DNA of 64,000 nt, from NCBI GenBank assembly GCA_023954305.1, contig JAMLIG010000001.1, forward strand, positions 76,613-140,612, given 5' to 3'. Positions 21,273 to 32,437 of the stretch are shown in pieces (position 1 is the stretch's first letter; the number at the start of each line of letters is the position of its first letter). The DNA comes from Mesorhizobium sp. Lineage in GTDB: Bacteria > Pseudomonadota > Alphaproteobacteria > Rhizobiales > Rhizobiaceae. Made by a program: the position numbers and the translations under genes. A model generated the notes under the pieces. The model had not been told where the DNA came from. It searched no databases and saw nothing but the letters and a program-made list of their open reading frames with translations.

Positions 21273-21563
21273 TCAGAGCTTCAGGCCGCGAACCTGTCGC
21301 GCGTGAAGCACGGCGACGATCAGCACACCGTCCGCCTCCTCCCGATAGAGGATCACATGGCTGCCATGTTCGTGCCGGCGCATACCGGCCCGGATCGTTG
21401 GCGACGTGCGGCCGATACGCGGGTGGCGAGCCAGCATGGCGAAACACCCGTCCAACTCGGCGCGATACTTGTCGGCCTGTCTTCGTCCAAAACTCTCGAT
21501 GCCGTACAGAAAGATGTCCCGGAGATGCCGGTCTGCTCGCTTGGAGAGCCTGAACTCACTCAC
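21273..21563 (-). CDS. parE: ParE/RelE family toxin
   Basis: About 96 aa from GTG 21563 (VSEFRLSKRADRHLRDIFLYG..). Overlaps the upstream antitoxin gene by 8 nt. Confidence 0.7.
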   Translation of the reverse strand: MSEFRLSKRADRHLRDIFLYGIESFGRRQADKYRAELDGCFAMLARHPRIGRTSPTIRAGMRRHEHGSHVILYREEADGVLIVAVLHARQVRGLKL

Positions 21564-21828
21564 GCCAGGTCCCGCGTCGGCGGGCCAGTTCCTCCGCCTC
21601 GGCAAAAATCTCTGCGCTCGTCCGAGCGCTAACGCCGCTCTCGATCGCGTCATCGACGATGTGGCGCAGTTCCGCCAGCCGTTGCTCGTAGTCGGCTTCG
21701 CGCTCGGCACGGTCGCGTTCGATCAGATTGCTCAAATACTCGCCCGGGGACGCGAAGTCGCCCTCTTCGACCTGTTCGTCCAGCCAGTCCTTGACCTTTT
21801 CCGGCAAAGTGATGGTCAGCGTCGCCAT
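21556..21828 (-). CDS. parD: ParD/CopG-type (ribbon-helix-helix) antitoxin
   Basis: 90 aa from MATLTITLPEKVKDWLDEQVEEGDFASPGEYLSNLI, typical of ParD4-like antitoxins. Confidence 0.7.
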   Translation of the reverse strand: MATLTITLPEKVKDWLDEQVEEGDFASPGEYLSNLIERDRAEREADYEQRLAELRHIVDDAIESGVSARTSAEIFAEAEELARRRGTWRE

Positions 21829-21962
21829 GGCGATACTCCTTTGTACAAATTCTATGCGAAACCCGCCGAGGCGGCAATCTGGACCATCTTCCGGCTGCCG
21901 CTGAGGATGGTCGTCCATTGCCCCTCGCCCTATAGAAGAACGCTACGTCGCCGCGAGTCGCC

Positions 21963-23204
21963 TTGTCCTCCATCCGCCCCCTGATCCCGCTCCTGCTCGC
22001 CGCCGGCATCCTGCTGGGCGGCAACGGGCTGCAAGGCACGCTGATCGCGCTTCGCGGCGCGCAGGAGGGCTTTTCGCCCGGCATGATCGGCTTCATGGGC
22101 ACGGCCTATTTCGCCGGCTTCCTCATCGGCTGCTTCACCATCACGCCGATGATGAAGGAGGTCGGCCATGTCCGCTCCTTCGCCTCGCTCGCGGCCATTG
22201 CCTCGGCCGGCACGCTTTTCCTGGTGCTGTTCATCAATCCCGTCGTCTGGTCGGGCGTGCGCTTCGTCAGCGGCTTCGCCTTTGCCGGCCTGTTCACCGT
22301 CATGGAGGCCTGGCTGCACGCCGGCGTCTCCAACGACAACCGGGCGCGGGTGCTGGCGATCTACCGGGTCGTCGACATCGGCTCCGTCACCGGCGCGCAG
22401 TTCATCATCCCGGTGATCGGCATCGACGGCTTCGCCATCTTCGCGCTCATGTCGATCATGATCACGCTGTCGCTGGTGCCGGTGTCGCTCGGCGACCGGA
22501 CGAACCCTAAGTCGCCGGACGACGTGAAGCTCGATCTCCGGCGCGCCTGGGCGATCTCGCCCTTGGCCGCCATCGGCTGCATCGCGGTGGGCGTCACCAA
22601 CAGTTCCTTCCGCACGCTGTCGCCGGTCTATGCCGAACAGATCGGCATGTCGGTCGCCGACGTCGTCACCTTCGTCAGCGCCGGCATCATCGGCGGCGCG
22701 GTGATCCAGTATCCGCTGGGCTATCTGTCCGACCGCTGGGACCGGCGTTCGGTCATCCTCCTGACCGCCGCGGCGGCAATGACTGCGGCGCTGGCGCTCG
22801 CCTTCCTCGCCGGCACGACGCCGCTCGCCAATTTCGCCTTCGTCTTCGTCTTCGGCTCGTTCGCCATGCCGATGTTCTCGCTCTGCGCGGCGCATGCCAA
22901 CGACCGCGCCGGCCCGGGCGAGTATGTGATGCTCAACGCGGCCCTGATGCTGTTCTATTCCTTCGGAGCGATCGGCGGGCCGCTCGCCGCCGCCTGGACG
23001 ATGGAGAGGTTCGGCCCCTACGCCCTCTTCGTCTTCAACGCGACGGTCTACCTGATCTTCATCTTCATCGTCCTCTACCGCATGCAGGCGAGGTCCGGCG
23101 TGCCGGCCGAGCGGCGCGGGCGGTTCGTCGCGCTGCTGCGCACCTCGACCGTGTTCGCGCGTCTCGCCGGCCGGCCGCAGAAGGTGAGAAAGAGCGACGA
23201 CTGA
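21963..23204 (+). CDS. MFS transporter
   Basis: 413 aa with 12 predicted TM helices. TTG start. Confidence 0.75.
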   Translation: MSSIRPLIPLLLAAGILLGGNGLQGTLIALRGAQEGFSPGMIGFMGTAYFAGFLIGCFTITPMMKEVGHVRSFASLAAIASAGTLFLVLFINPVVWSGVRFVSGFAFAGLFTVMEAWLHAGVSNDNRARVLAIYRVVDIGSVTGAQFIIPVIGIDGFAIFALMSIMITLSLVPVSLGDRTNPKSPDDVKLDLRRAWAISPLAAIGCIAVGVTNSSFRTLSPVYAEQIGMSVADVVTFVSAGIIGGAVIQYPLGYLSDRWDRRSVILLTAAAAMTAALALAFLAGTTPLANFAFVFVFGSFAMPMFSLCAAHANDRAGPGEYVMLNAALMLFYSFGAIGGPLAAAWTMERFGPYALFVFNATVYLIFIFIVLYRMQARSGVPAERRGRFVALLRTSTVFARLAGRPQKVRKSDD

Positions 23205-23266
23205 CGCCAAGCTTGACGAAACGGCCGCGGGCTGAAAGGACGGTAACGTCCTTCCAGAGCCCGTCC

Positions 23267-24421
23267 ATGCACCTCATCACCAAGCAAAGCGAACTCGAAG
23301 CGGTCGTCGCAGAACTTGCCAGGTCCGAATTCGTCACCGTCGACACGGAGTTCATCCGCGAGACGACCTTCTGGCCGGAACTCTGCCTGATCCAGATGGC
23401 CTCCCCCGACACGACGGCGCTGATCGATCCGCTTTCGTCCGAGATCGACCTGAAGCCCTTCTTCGACCTTATGGCCAATGAGAGCGTTCTGAAGGTCTTC
23501 CACGCGGCGCGGCAGGACATCGAAATCATCTTCCACCTCGGCGGCCTGATCCCGCATCCGGTGTTCGATTCGCAGATCGCCGCCATGGTCTGCGGCTTCG
23601 GCGACAGCGTCTCCTACGATCAGCTCGTGCAACGCATCACCGGCACGCAGCTCGACAAGTCGTCGCGCTTCACCGACTGGCGCCATCGGCCGCTGTCCGA
23701 CAAGCAGCTCGAATACGCGCTGGCCGACGTCACCTGGCTGCGCGATGTCTATCTCAGCCTGCGCGACAAGCTCGCCAGCCGAAAGCGGGCCGACTGGGTC
23801 AACGAGGAAATGGACGTGCTGACGTCGCGCGACACCTACGACCTCCATCCGGAAAACGCCTGGACGCGGCTCAAGATGCGCGTGCGCAAGCCGATCGAGC
23901 TCGCCGTCCTGCAGCGCGTCGCCGCCTGGCGCGAACGCGAGGCGCGCGAGCGCAACGTGCCGCGCGGCCGGGTGCTGAAGGACGATGCGATCTACGAGAT
24001 CGCCCAGCAGCAGCCGCGCGACGTCGCCGCGCTCGGCCGTCTGCGCACCACGCCAAAGGGCTGGGAACGCTCCTCCACCGCGGCCGGCCTGCTGGCAGCC
24101 GTCAACGAGGCGCTCGCCATCCCCAAGGACGAGCTGCCGAAGATCCCGCGCCAGGCCTCCACCAGCGAGGGTGCCAACGCCGCCGCCGAAATCCTCAAGG
24201 TGCTGCTGCGCATCATCGCCGAAAAGGAAGGCGTTGCGCCAAAGATCATCGCCTCGAGCGACGACATCGAGCGCATCGCCTCCGAGGGCGAGACTGCCGA
24301 GGTCGAGGCGCTCAGCGGCTGGCGGCGCGAGGTCTTCGGCAACAAGGCATTGCGTCTGCTGCGCGGCGAAGTCGGCATCCGCTTCCAGAACCGGCGCATC
24401 AACGTCTTCGAGATCGGCTGA
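23267..24421 (+). CDS. rnd: ribonuclease D
   Basis: DEDD 3'-5' exonuclease motifs (VTVDTEF, HAARQDIE, YALADV) followed by an HRDC region. Confidence 0.85.
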   Translation: MHLITKQSELEAVVAELARSEFVTVDTEFIRETTFWPELCLIQMASPDTTALIDPLSSEIDLKPFFDLMANESVLKVFHAARQDIEIIFHLGGLIPHPVFDSQIAAMVCGFGDSVSYDQLVQRITGTQLDKSSRFTDWRHRPLSDKQLEYALADVTWLRDVYLSLRDKLASRKRADWVNEEMDVLTSRDTYDLHPENAWTRLKMRVRKPIELAVLQRVAAWREREARERNVPRGRVLKDDAIYEIAQQQPRDVAALGRLRTTPKGWERSSTAAGLLAAVNEALAIPKDELPKIPRQASTSEGANAAAEILKVLLRIIAEKEGVAPKIIASSDDIERIASEGETAEVEALSGWRREVFGNKALRLLRGEVGIRFQNRRINVFEIG

Positions 24422-24424
24422 GCG

Positions 24425-25939
24425 TCAGTCGCCGGCCGCCATCCGCAAGGTCTTGCCGGATATCCGGGCGAGTTGCGCCAGTCGTCCGATGGGACGCTCG
24501 CCGATCAGGTCGGCATGGGATTTCGGCACGACCAGCGTCAGCGAACCGTCCTCGCTTCTCTCCCAGCGCAGGCGCGGGATGATGCCGGGCATGGACGCCG
24601 ACAGGAGGTACACAACCCTCAGCATCGCGCCCAGGAAACGGGCGCGCTCGACATAGCGGGGCGGCGCCAGTTGGATCATCTCCGGTGCAGCGCCGTCTCC
24701 GATCAGCCCTTCGTGCCGGTAGAGATTGGTCAGCGCGATGAAGACGCGGCCGGGATGGTCGACGCCGATGAAGGAGGCGTGCGCGATGATGTTGAGCGAT
24801 TGCGTGCCGCGATATTCGGGATGAGCCCGCCAGCCGATATCGGCGAGCAGGCAGGCCGCGCGGCGGTAACGCGCCTCGTCCTCGGTCTCGTCGATGTCGA
24901 AGGCGGCGAAGGAATGGCCCGTCCATTCGGCGAGTTCATGCGCATGTGTCACCGAACGGGCCCGCAGCAGCGCCAGCTCCTCCGAAGCGGAGATCAGCGG
25001 ATCGGCCTTCTGCTCCGCCGGCGACAGCAGCGAATAGAGGAAGCCCTCGCGAACGCCCAGCGCCGACACCACGATCTTGCCGGGCTTCATAACCCGCACG
25101 ATCTCCTGCAGCACGGCCGCGCCATAGGCAAGCAGCGCGCGGCGGCTCTTGGAGACGCGCTCGATGCCCTTCATCTTCTCGATTTCGCCGCGCCCGACTT
25201 GCCGGAGGAAGTTGGCCGAGCCCTCGACGCTCATCTCGTAGTGATGCATCACGGCGAGCGGATAGTTGGTCGCGGCCATGTGCAGGCGGGCGAGGTTTCG
25301 CCAGGTTCCGCCGACGCAGTAGAAGGTTCGCCCTTCGCCGTTCTTCAACACCTCGGCGCGCTTCAGTTCCTCGCGGATGATCCTTGTCGCCGCGGCGATC
25401 GACCCCTTGGAGACGTCCTCGAGCCTGAGGCCGCCCAGCGGCAGCGTGATCCCGCCCCCGATCGTCTCGCCCTTGACGTCGACCACTTCGAGGCTGCCGC
25501 CGCCGAGGTCGCCGGCGATGCCGTCAGCGAGATGGAAGCCGGAGATCACGCCGAGCGCGGAATAATAGGCTTCCTCCTTGCCGGTGAGCACGCGGATGTC
25601 GACGCCGAGGATCTCCTCCGCCCGCTTGATGAACTCCGGGCCATTGATCGCCTCGCGGGCGGCGGCCGTAGCGATAACGTAGAGCTGCTCGGCGCCGGCC
25701 TGCTCCGACAGCGCGCGGAAGCGGCGGAACTCCTCCACGGCACGCAGCATCGCATCGGGATCGAGCCGTCCGGTCGAGACGATGCCGCGGCCGAGGCCAG
25801 CGAGCATCTTCTCGTTGAAGAGCACGGTCGGCGAGCGCGCGATACCTTCGTAGATGACGAGGCGAATGGAGTTCGACCCGATGTCGATCACCGACACCGG
25901 CCGGCGGTCCTGCAACCGCCCCTGCGAGGCGCCTATCAT
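24425..25939 (-). CDS. ppx: exopolyphosphatase (Ppx/GppA family)
   Basis: 504 aa with [15 protein letters not shown] actin-like ATPase fold N-terminus. ATGA overlap with ppk. Confidence 0.85.
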   Translation of the reverse strand: MIGASQGRLQDRRPVSVIDIGSNSIRLVIYEGIARSPTVLFNEKMLAGLGRGIVSTGRLDPDAMLRAVEEFRRFRALSEQAGAEQLYVIATAAAREAINGPEFIKRAEEILGVDIRVLTGKEEAYYSALGVISGFHLADGIAGDLGGGSLEVVDVKGETIGGGITLPLGGLRLEDVSKGSIAAATRIIREELKRAEVLKNGEGRTFYCVGGTWRNLARLHMAATNYPLAVMHHYEMSVEGSANFLRQVGRGEIEKMKGIERVSKSRRALLAYGAAVLQEIVRVMKPGKIVVSALGVREGFLYSLLSPAEQKADPLISASEELALLRARSVTHAHELAEWTGHSFAAFDIDETEDEARYRRAACLLADIGWRAHPEYRGTQSLNIIAHASFIGVDHPGRVFIALTNLYRHEGLIGDGAAPEMIQLAPPRYVERARFLGAMLRVVYLLSASMPGIIPRLRWERSEDGSLTLVVPKSHADLIGERPIGRLAQLARISGKTLRMAAGD

Positions 25940-28149
25940 TCGGCTGTTGACGCTTTCGCCTTCGAACGCCGCTTGTGCTGCGCGATCCGCTTGGGAGCGT
26001 GTGATTTCAGGGCGTCACCCCGCCCTGACAGGCTCGGATTCGTCATGAAATATTCCTGCGCGTTGAAGGGTTCCTCGCCCTCCTCGCGCGTCACGCGCCG
26101 GGAGGTGCCGTCAGGCAATACTTCGAAACTTTGCTGGTTGTCCATGATGTTTCCCAGCATGATCTGGCCCAGCACCTGCTCGTGCACGGTTTCGTTGGTC
26201 AGCGGCACCATCAGCTCGACGCGGCGGTCGAGATTGCGCGGCATCATGTCGGCCGAGCCGATATAGACGATCGCCCCGTCGGACGGCAGGCCATTGCCAT
26301 TGCCGAAGCAGTAGATGCGGCTGTGCTCCAAAAACCGACCGATGATCGACTTGGCGCGGATGTTGTCGGACAGGCCAGGCACCTGCGGCCGCAGACAGCA
26401 TATGCCGCGCACGATCAGGTCGATGTCGACGCCCGCCTGGCTCGCCTCGTAGAGCGCGTCGATGACCTGCGGATCGACCAGCGAGTTCATCTTCATCCAG
26501 ATCTGCGCCGGCCTTCCAGCCTTGGCATGTTCGATCTCGTCGTCGATGTGCTTGAGGATGCGTTTGCGAAGCGTGAACGGCGAGACCGCGATCGTCATCT
26601 CCTCGGCCGGCTCGGCATAGCCGGTGATGAAGTTGAACAGCTGGGCCACGTCGCGCGCGATCGCCGGATCGACGGTGAAGTAGGACAGGTCCGTATAGAT
26701 GCGCGCCGTGATCGGATGGTAGTTGCCGGTGCCCAGGTGCACGTAGGACCGGAGCCTGTTGTCCTCGCGCCGCACCACAAGCGACATCTTGGCGTGGGTC
26801 TTCAGCTCGACGAAACCGAACACGACCTGCACGCCGGCGCGCTCCAAGTCGCGCGCCCAGCGGATATTGGCCTCCTCGTCGAAGCGGGCCTTGAGTTCGA
26901 CCAGGGCCGTCACCGACTTGCCAGCTTCCGCCGCGTCGATCAGCGCGCGCACGATGGGGCTGTCGTTGGAGGTCCGGTAGAGCGTCTGCTTGATCGCGAC
27001 GACCTCCGGATCGGCTGCCGCCTGGCGCAGGAACTGGACGACCACGTCGAACGATTCGTACGGGTGATGGACGACGATGTCCTTCTCCCGGATCGCTGCG
27101 AAGCAGTCGCCGCCGTGCTCGCGGATGCGCTCCGGGAAGCGCGGGTTGTAGGGTTTGAACTTCAGATCGTCGCGCGGAACCGAGACGATCTCCGAAATCT
27201 GGTTCACCGCCAGCAACCCGTCGATGATCGACACGCGATTGGCCGGAACGCCGAGTTCCGTCGCGACGAAATCGCGCAGTTCCTCCGGCATCTCGTGATC
27301 GAACTCGATGCGGATCACCGAGCCGCGACGGCGGCGCTTCAACGCGCTCTCGAAGAAGCGCACCAGGTCCTCCGCCTCTTCCTCGATCTCGATATCGGAG
27401 TCGCGGATGAGCCTGAAGGTGCCGGAACCCTGGACTTTGTAGCCCGGGAACAATTGCCCGATGAACATCGAGACCGTGTCTTCAAGCCGCACGAAGCGCA
27501 CGCAGTCGCGGTGATCGGGCAGGCGGATGAAGCGGCGCAGCGCGGTCGGCAGGCGCAACAACGCGATCATGCTCTCCGGCTCGCGCTTGTGCTGCAATTG
27601 CAAAGCGATCGAGAAGCCGAGGTTGGGGATGAACGGAAACGGATGCGCCGGATCGATCGACAGCGGCGTCAACACCGGAAAGATCGTTTCGAGGAAATGT
27701 CCCTCGAGCCAGTCGCGCTCTTCCCTGCTCAGGTTCTCACCGCGCACCACCTCGATGCGGGCGTTTTCGAGCAGACCGAAGAGCAGCGAGAGACTGATCT
27801 GCTGGTCCGCCTGAAGGCGGCTCACCTCGCGCAGCAGCTGTTCGAGCTGCTGTTCCGGCGTGCGGCCGTCGGCGCTCTTGGTGGTGATCCCTTCGCGCAC
27901 CTGACCGGCCAAGCCGGCGACGCGGACCATGAAGAACTCATCGAGATTGGCCGCCGAGATCGACAGGAAGCGTACCCGTTCCAGCAGCGGGTGGCTCGAA
28001 TTCTGCGATTCCTCGAGCACACGCCGGTTGAACTGGAGCCAGGAGAACTCCCGGTTCACGTAGCGGTCCGGATCGCCGGCATCCGTCGCGGCCGCGGCCG
28101 CGGGCTCGATGGTGAATTCGTGGGAAACCGGTGAGATCTCGTTCATCAT
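25936..28149 (-). CDS. ppk: polyphosphate kinase 1
   Basis: 737 aa with FNRRVLEE N-terminus and two PLD-like HKD-type regions (ELKARFDE..). Confidence 0.9.
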   Translation of the reverse strand: MMNEISPVSHEFTIEPAAAAATDAGDPDRYVNREFSWLQFNRRVLEESQNSSHPLLERVRFLSISAANLDEFFMVRVAGLAGQVREGITTKSADGRTPEQQLEQLLREVSRLQADQQISLSLLFGLLENARIEVVRGENLSREERDWLEGHFLETIFPVLTPLSIDPAHPFPFIPNLGFSIALQLQHKREPESMIALLRLPTALRRFIRLPDHRDCVRFVRLEDTVSMFIGQLFPGYKVQGSGTFRLIRDSDIEIEEEAEDLVRFFESALKRRRRGSVIRIEFDHEMPEELRDFVATELGVPANRVSIIDGLLAVNQISEIVSVPRDDLKFKPYNPRFPERIREHGGDCFAAIREKDIVVHHPYESFDVVVQFLRQAAADPEVVAIKQTLYRTSNDSPIVRALIDAAEAGKSVTALVELKARFDEEANIRWARDLERAGVQVVFGFVELKTHAKMSLVVRREDNRLRSYVHLGTGNYHPITARIYTDLSYFTVDPAIARDVAQLFNFITGYAEPAEEMTIAVSPFTLRKRILKHIDDEIEHAKAGRPAQIWMKMNSLVDPQVIDALYEASQAGVDIDLIVRGICCLRPQVPGLSDNIRAKSIIGRFLEHSRIYCFGNGNGLPSDGAIVYIGSADMMPRNLDRRVELMVPLTNETVHEQVLGQIMLGNIMDNQQSFEVLPDGTSRRVTREEGEEPFNAQEYFMTNPSLSGRGDALKSHAPKRIAQHKRRSKAKASTAE

Positions 28150-28297
28150 TCCGCCTTGGACGCAGCCTTTCCAGGGCCGTCAAGACAATAGACGGCTTCG
28201 TTCTGTCCTGACAGGCATTTGCGACACTATGATTGCACCCGCCTTGCAAAGCGCCAAGAGTTGCGCCAAAGGCTGGAGGAAGCGAACGGAGATTGCG

Positions 28298-28543
28298 ATG
28301 GCTGGCCACGGCATCCCTCATTTCCAGAACGACGCCGGTCACGCGACGATCGCGATCGGCGTCACCGAATTCATGTGCGTCGGCGCCAATCCGCCCTTCG
28401 ACCATCCGCATGTCTTCCTCGACATGGGCGACGATACCGAGAAGGTCTGCCCCTACTGCTCGACGCTCTATCGCTTCGATCCGTCGCTCGGCGCCTCGCA
28501 GACCCAGCCGGCCGGCTGTCTTTACGTGCCCCGCGCGGCCTGA
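28298..28543 (+). CDS. zinc-finger (zf-CHCC type) small protein
   Basis: 81 aa. C-terminal VCPYCSTLY plus upstream FMCVG cysteine. ATG with upstream SD. Confidence 0.6.
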   Translation: MAGHGIPHFQNDAGHATIAIGVTEFMCVGANPPFDHPHVFLDMGDDTEKVCPYCSTLYRFDPSLGASQTQPAGCLYVPRAA

Positions 28544-28549
28544 TCCTGC

Positions 28550-29818
28550 ATGTCCTCCGGGGCCGCGCCGCGGTCGCGGCAGATCGTCATCGCCGGCGGC
28601 GGAATCGCCGGCCTGACGGCGGCGATCGCATTCGCCGCGAAAGGCTTTTCCGTTCGACTGTTCGAGCGCGTCGCCAATCTGGAGGAGGTGGGCGCAGGCC
28701 TGCAGCTTTCGCCGAACGCGACCCGCATCCTGGCCAGGCTGGGCATCCCGGACCACCTGCGCGCGGCCTCGATCAGACCCGAAGCCGTGCTGCTTTGCCG
28801 CGCGTCCGATCTGCGCCGGATCGCGCGCGTGCCGCTCGGCGCCCAGGCAACGGCGCGCTGGAAGAGCCCCTATCTGGTGCTGCATCGCGCCGACCTCCAC
28901 GCAGCCCTGTTCGCGGTCGCCTCGAAGATGCCGGACGTGGAGATAGTGACCGGCGCGACCGTCTCCGACGCTGCGATGCATGCGCAGGGCGTCACGGTGG
29001 CGGTCGATCATGAGGGGCGGAGCCGTGAGATCGATTCCCTGCTTCTCGTCGCGGCCGACGGAGTCTGGTCGACCCTGCGGAAACTCGTCGGCGGCGCCGG
29101 CGCCGGTTCCTTCTCCGGCAGGATCGCCTGGCGTGCCACGGTGCGCGCCGATGGCGAGGCGGTGGCGATGCTAGCTGACCATCTGCCGCGCGACTGCGTC
29201 AGCGCCTTCCTGCACCCCCGCGCGCATCTCGTCTCCTATCCCGTTCGGGGAGGAAGCTCGATCAATCTCGCTGCGTTCACCCAGGGCGGCGCGCAGGGCG
29301 CCTCGTGGTCGCACTCGAGCGAGGCCCGCCCGCTGATCGAGGCGCTGAGCGGCGCGGCCCCGGCGCTCCTCGACTTCATCGCGGCCATCGGCAGCTGGAC
29401 GGTCTGGCCGATCCACACGGTCGACCCGCGCTCGCCCTGGATCAATCCGCGCGGAGCGGTGCTGATCGGCGACGCGGCGCATGCGATGACGCCGTTCGCG
29501 GCACAAGGCGCGGCGGCGGCGATCGAGGACGCCTATGTGCTGGCCGCGGCGGTCGCCGACCAGCCCGACGATATCGGCGCGGCGCTTCGCCGTTACGAGA
29601 AGATCAGGCGCGAGCGGGTCGCCGCCGTGGCGCGGCGCGGCGCGTTCAACGCCTTCACCTGGCACGCGGCCGGACCGATCGGCTTCGGCCGCGACCTCGT
29701 GCTCGGCCTACTTCCGTCCGGAAAGCTCGCCTCCGACCTCGACTGGCTGTACGGCTGGGACGCGGACGCCGCGCTGAAAGCCGTTCCCGTCAGCGCCGGC
29801 GCCGCGCAATCCCGCTGA
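28550..29818 (+). CDS. FAD-dependent monooxygenase (salicylate-hydroxylase/UbiH-like)
   Basis: IVIAGGGIAGLTAAIAF dinucleotide-binding motif, later GDAAH and a DG-type motif. Confidence 0.8.
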   Translation: MSSGAAPRSRQIVIAGGGIAGLTAAIAFAAKGFSVRLFERVANLEEVGAGLQLSPNATRILARLGIPDHLRAASIRPEAVLLCRASDLRRIARVPLGAQATARWKSPYLVLHRADLHAALFAVASKMPDVEIVTGATVSDAAMHAQGVTVAVDHEGRSREIDSLLLVAADGVWSTLRKLVGGAGAGSFSGRIAWRATVRADGEAVAMLADHLPRDCVSAFLHPRAHLVSYPVRGGSSINLAAFTQGGAQGASWSHSSEARPLIEALSGAAPALLDFIAAIGSWTVWPIHTVDPRSPWINPRGAVLIGDAAHAMTPFAAQGAAAAIEDAYVLAAAVADQPDDIGAALRRYEKIRRERVAAVARRGAFNAFTWHAAGPIGFGRDLVLGLLPSGKLASDLDWLYGWDADAALKAVPVSAGAAQSR

Positions 29819-29960
29819 CGACCTGGACCTCCGTTCGTGGCGACCCATGCCCGGGACGGCGTCCATTCCGCAATCTTTCCCTCGCCGCGTCGGAAATCGG
29901 CCGTGTTCACGCCAGTCGCGCGTCACAATCCCGGATCAACCTCGCGCCCGGCTTGGGAGC

Positions 29961-30935
29961 ATGTCGGCAATGGGCATCTGCAACCGTTCGTGGCGCGGGC
30001 TGACCGCGCTGGTTTTCGCCTGTCTCGGTCTGGCGCTCGCTAATCAGCCGTCGCGCGCGGACCCGCCGCCGGCCAAGGCGCGGATCGGCGACCTCACCTT
30101 CCGCTACGATCCTTTCAACTGGCGTTTCGAACCGGCCGGTACCGGCTTCACTGCCACCTGCCAGCAGGTCGACTGCCGCGGCGTCGTTTTCGATGTCTCC
30201 GTGCGCGACACGACTGGCGAATGCGGCAAGGAGGCCGCCGAACGAACGGCTGAGCGGATGTTCCCCGCCGCCGACCGCCATCCCGTCAACATCGTGCGCG
30301 CCGGGCGCTTTGCTCTCGTCAAGGCGGAGAGCCGTTTCGGCTCCGACCTGTCGGCGCCGACCTATGTCTACGCCTGTCTCGACTGGCAGGAGCGGGAATA
30401 CCGCTTTGCGATGCGAGCGGAAACGGTCGGCCGAACGTCATGGGCCGGCGGCGCCCTGCACTATCTAGTCAGCCGCGCCACCGCGCCGCCGGCACCGATC
30501 AAGGTGTTGCGGCTGGGCGAACTGGAGTTCCGCTATTCGACAGAACGGTGGCGTGTTGCCGAAATCGAGCCCCGGCAAAGCTACATGCTGTCCTGCCGCC
30601 CCCCGGCCTGCCACGATCACGGCGCCTTCGTCATGGTCTCCGCCACAGCGTCGACCGTCGGCTGCGAGCGCGATCCCGATAACGCGGGATTGCCGATCTC
30701 CGAAGCGGTAGTGACCCCTATGCATGGCCAGCGACCCGACGTTCTGCCGTTCGCGGTCGCGACAATCCACTCGCCCTGCCGCAACTACGTCCCGCCGGCA
30801 CGCAGCGCCTGCTTGTGGCACAACGGCATTGCCTATCGGATCGGAACGCCGGACCCCGCCGGATGCCGCTCGGATTTCGGCGTTCCGGCCGGGGCATTCG
30901 CCGAACTGGTGAACGGCGCGCGGTTGGCGCCGTAG
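29961..30935 (+). CDS. secreted hypothetical protein with internally duplicated domain
   Basis: Signal peptide LTALVFACLGLALANQPSRA. Two similar halves, each starting R(I/L)G(D/E)L.FRY...W. Confidence 0.5.
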   Translation: MSAMGICNRSWRGLTALVFACLGLALANQPSRADPPPAKARIGDLTFRYDPFNWRFEPAGTGFTATCQQVDCRGVVFDVSVRDTTGECGKEAAERTAERMFPAADRHPVNIVRAGRFALVKAESRFGSDLSAPTYVYACLDWQEREYRFAMRAETVGRTSWAGGALHYLVSRATAPPAPIKVLRLGELEFRYSTERWRVAEIEPRQSYMLSCRPPACHDHGAFVMVSATASTVGCERDPDNAGLPISEAVVTPMHGQRPDVLPFAVATIHSPCRNYVPPARSACLWHNGIAYRIGTPDPAGCRSDFGVPAGAFAELVNGARLAP

Positions 30936-30941
30936 CGGCCT

Positions 30942-31615
30942 TCAGGGTAGGTCGTTGAAGGCGCGCAGCGACCACACGAGGCTCTGCGGCAGCGGGTTCC
31001 ACAATCCGGTCCGAAGTCCCGCCCGCCTCAGCACGGCGCTGGTCCACGTATTGCAGCCGACGACGGCGTTGAAGGTACCGGTGCCTTCATAGAAGCGATC
31101 GAAGGGGCCATAAGAACGTCCTTCGATCAGAATCGGCTCACCGCCCGGATGACGCGCAAATCCTTCCAGGGCTGCGCTGACCATGGCCGAGAACGCACCC
31201 ACGCTCAAATCGATCGCGACGACGCCATCGCCCGCCTGGTCGATCTCGCCGGCGAGCGCGACGTGCATCGCGGAACTATCCGCCGTGAGCGCGCGCATGA
31301 CCGGCCGGGCTTGAGATCGGACCATGTCGGCGTCTCGAGATAGAAGGAACGGCCTCCCCAGCCTACGATCAGCCACTCGACGGCAGGATCGGAGACAGGC
31401 AGCCCCGAGGACTGCAGGAATCCCAGCCTGCTGAGGATATCCGGATCAGCCGGAAGCGCGATGTCGGTGTGGATCGGATTGGACAGGACGAGCATCCGCC
31501 TCGTGGCGTCGCCGCCCGCCGCTGCCGTCGCGAGCAGCGGCCGAGGGATGACGGCCCCCGCGAACGGCGCCAGAACCGCCGCCAGCACGAGGGCGACGAC
31601 CAGGCGCCGCCGCAT
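30942..31615 (-). pseudogene. TIGR02117-like conserved protein, interrupted by a frameshift
   Basis: ORFs 31205-31615 and 30942-31376 read as one protein if one base is removed in CCGGCCGGGC at 31301-31310. The 674-nt span is not a multiple of 3. Confidence 0.6.
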
Positions 31616-31624
31616 TGGCCAGCC

Positions 31625-32428
31625 TCAGTGCAGGATCTGGCTGAGGAACAGCTTGGTGCGCTCGTGGCGCGGATGGTCGAAGAACTCGGCCGGCGTGTTC
31701 TGCTCGACGATCTGGCCCTGGTCCATGAAGATCACCCGGTTGGCGACCTTGCGCGCGAAGCCCATCTCGTGGGTCACGCACAGCATGGTCATCCCTTCCT
31801 CGGCGAGCCCGACCATCGTCTCCAGCACTTCCTTGATCATCTCCGGATCGAGCGCCGAGGTCGGCTCGTCGAACAGCATGATGCGCGGGTTCATGCACAG
31901 CGACCGCGCGATCGCCACGCGCTGCTGCTGCCCGCCGGACAATTGCCCAGGGTATTTGTTGGCTTGCTCCGGGATCTTCACGCGGCGCAGGAAGTGCATG
32001 GCGGTCTCCTCCGCCTGCTTCTTCGGGATCTTGCGCACCCAGATCGGCGCCAGCGTGCAGTTCTCGAGGATCGTCAGGTGCGGGAACAGGTTGAAGTGCT
32101 GGAATACCATGCCGACCTCGCGGCGTACCTCGTCGATCTTCTTCAGATCGTTGGTCAGTTCCTTGCCGTCGACGACGATCTTGCCCTTCTGGTGCTCCTC
32201 CAGCCGGTTGATGCAGCGGATCAGCGTCGACTTGCCCGAACCGGAGGGACCGCAGATGACGATGCGCTCGCCGCGCATGACCTTCAGATTGATGTCCTTC
32301 AGCACATGAAAGTCGCCATACCACTTGTGCATGCCGACGATCTCGACCGCAACATCGGTATCCGAGATGTGCATCTTCGAGCTGTCGATCTGGATCTCGT
32401 CGGCCGAAACGGCGTTCTCGATGGCCAT
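31625..32428 (-). CDS. aapP: general L-amino-acid ABC transporter ATP-binding protein
   Basis: Walker [10 protein letters not shown], signature LSGGQQQRV, Walker [12 protein letters not shown]. Last gene of the aapJQMP-like operon. Confidence 0.85.
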   Translation of the reverse strand: MAIENAVSADEIQIDSSKMHISDTDVAVEIVGMHKWYGDFHVLKDINLKVMRGERIVICGPSGSGKSTLIRCINRLEEHQKGKIVVDGKELTNDLKKIDEVRREVGMVFQHFNLFPHLTILENCTLAPIWVRKIPKKQAEETAMHFLRRVKIPEQANKYPGQLSGGQQQRVAIARSLCMNPRIMLFDEPTSALDPEMIKEVLETMVGLAEEGMTMLCVTHEMGFARKVANRVIFMDQGQIVEQNTPAEFFDHPRHERTKLFLSQILH

Positions 32429-32437
32429 TTGGTTCCC

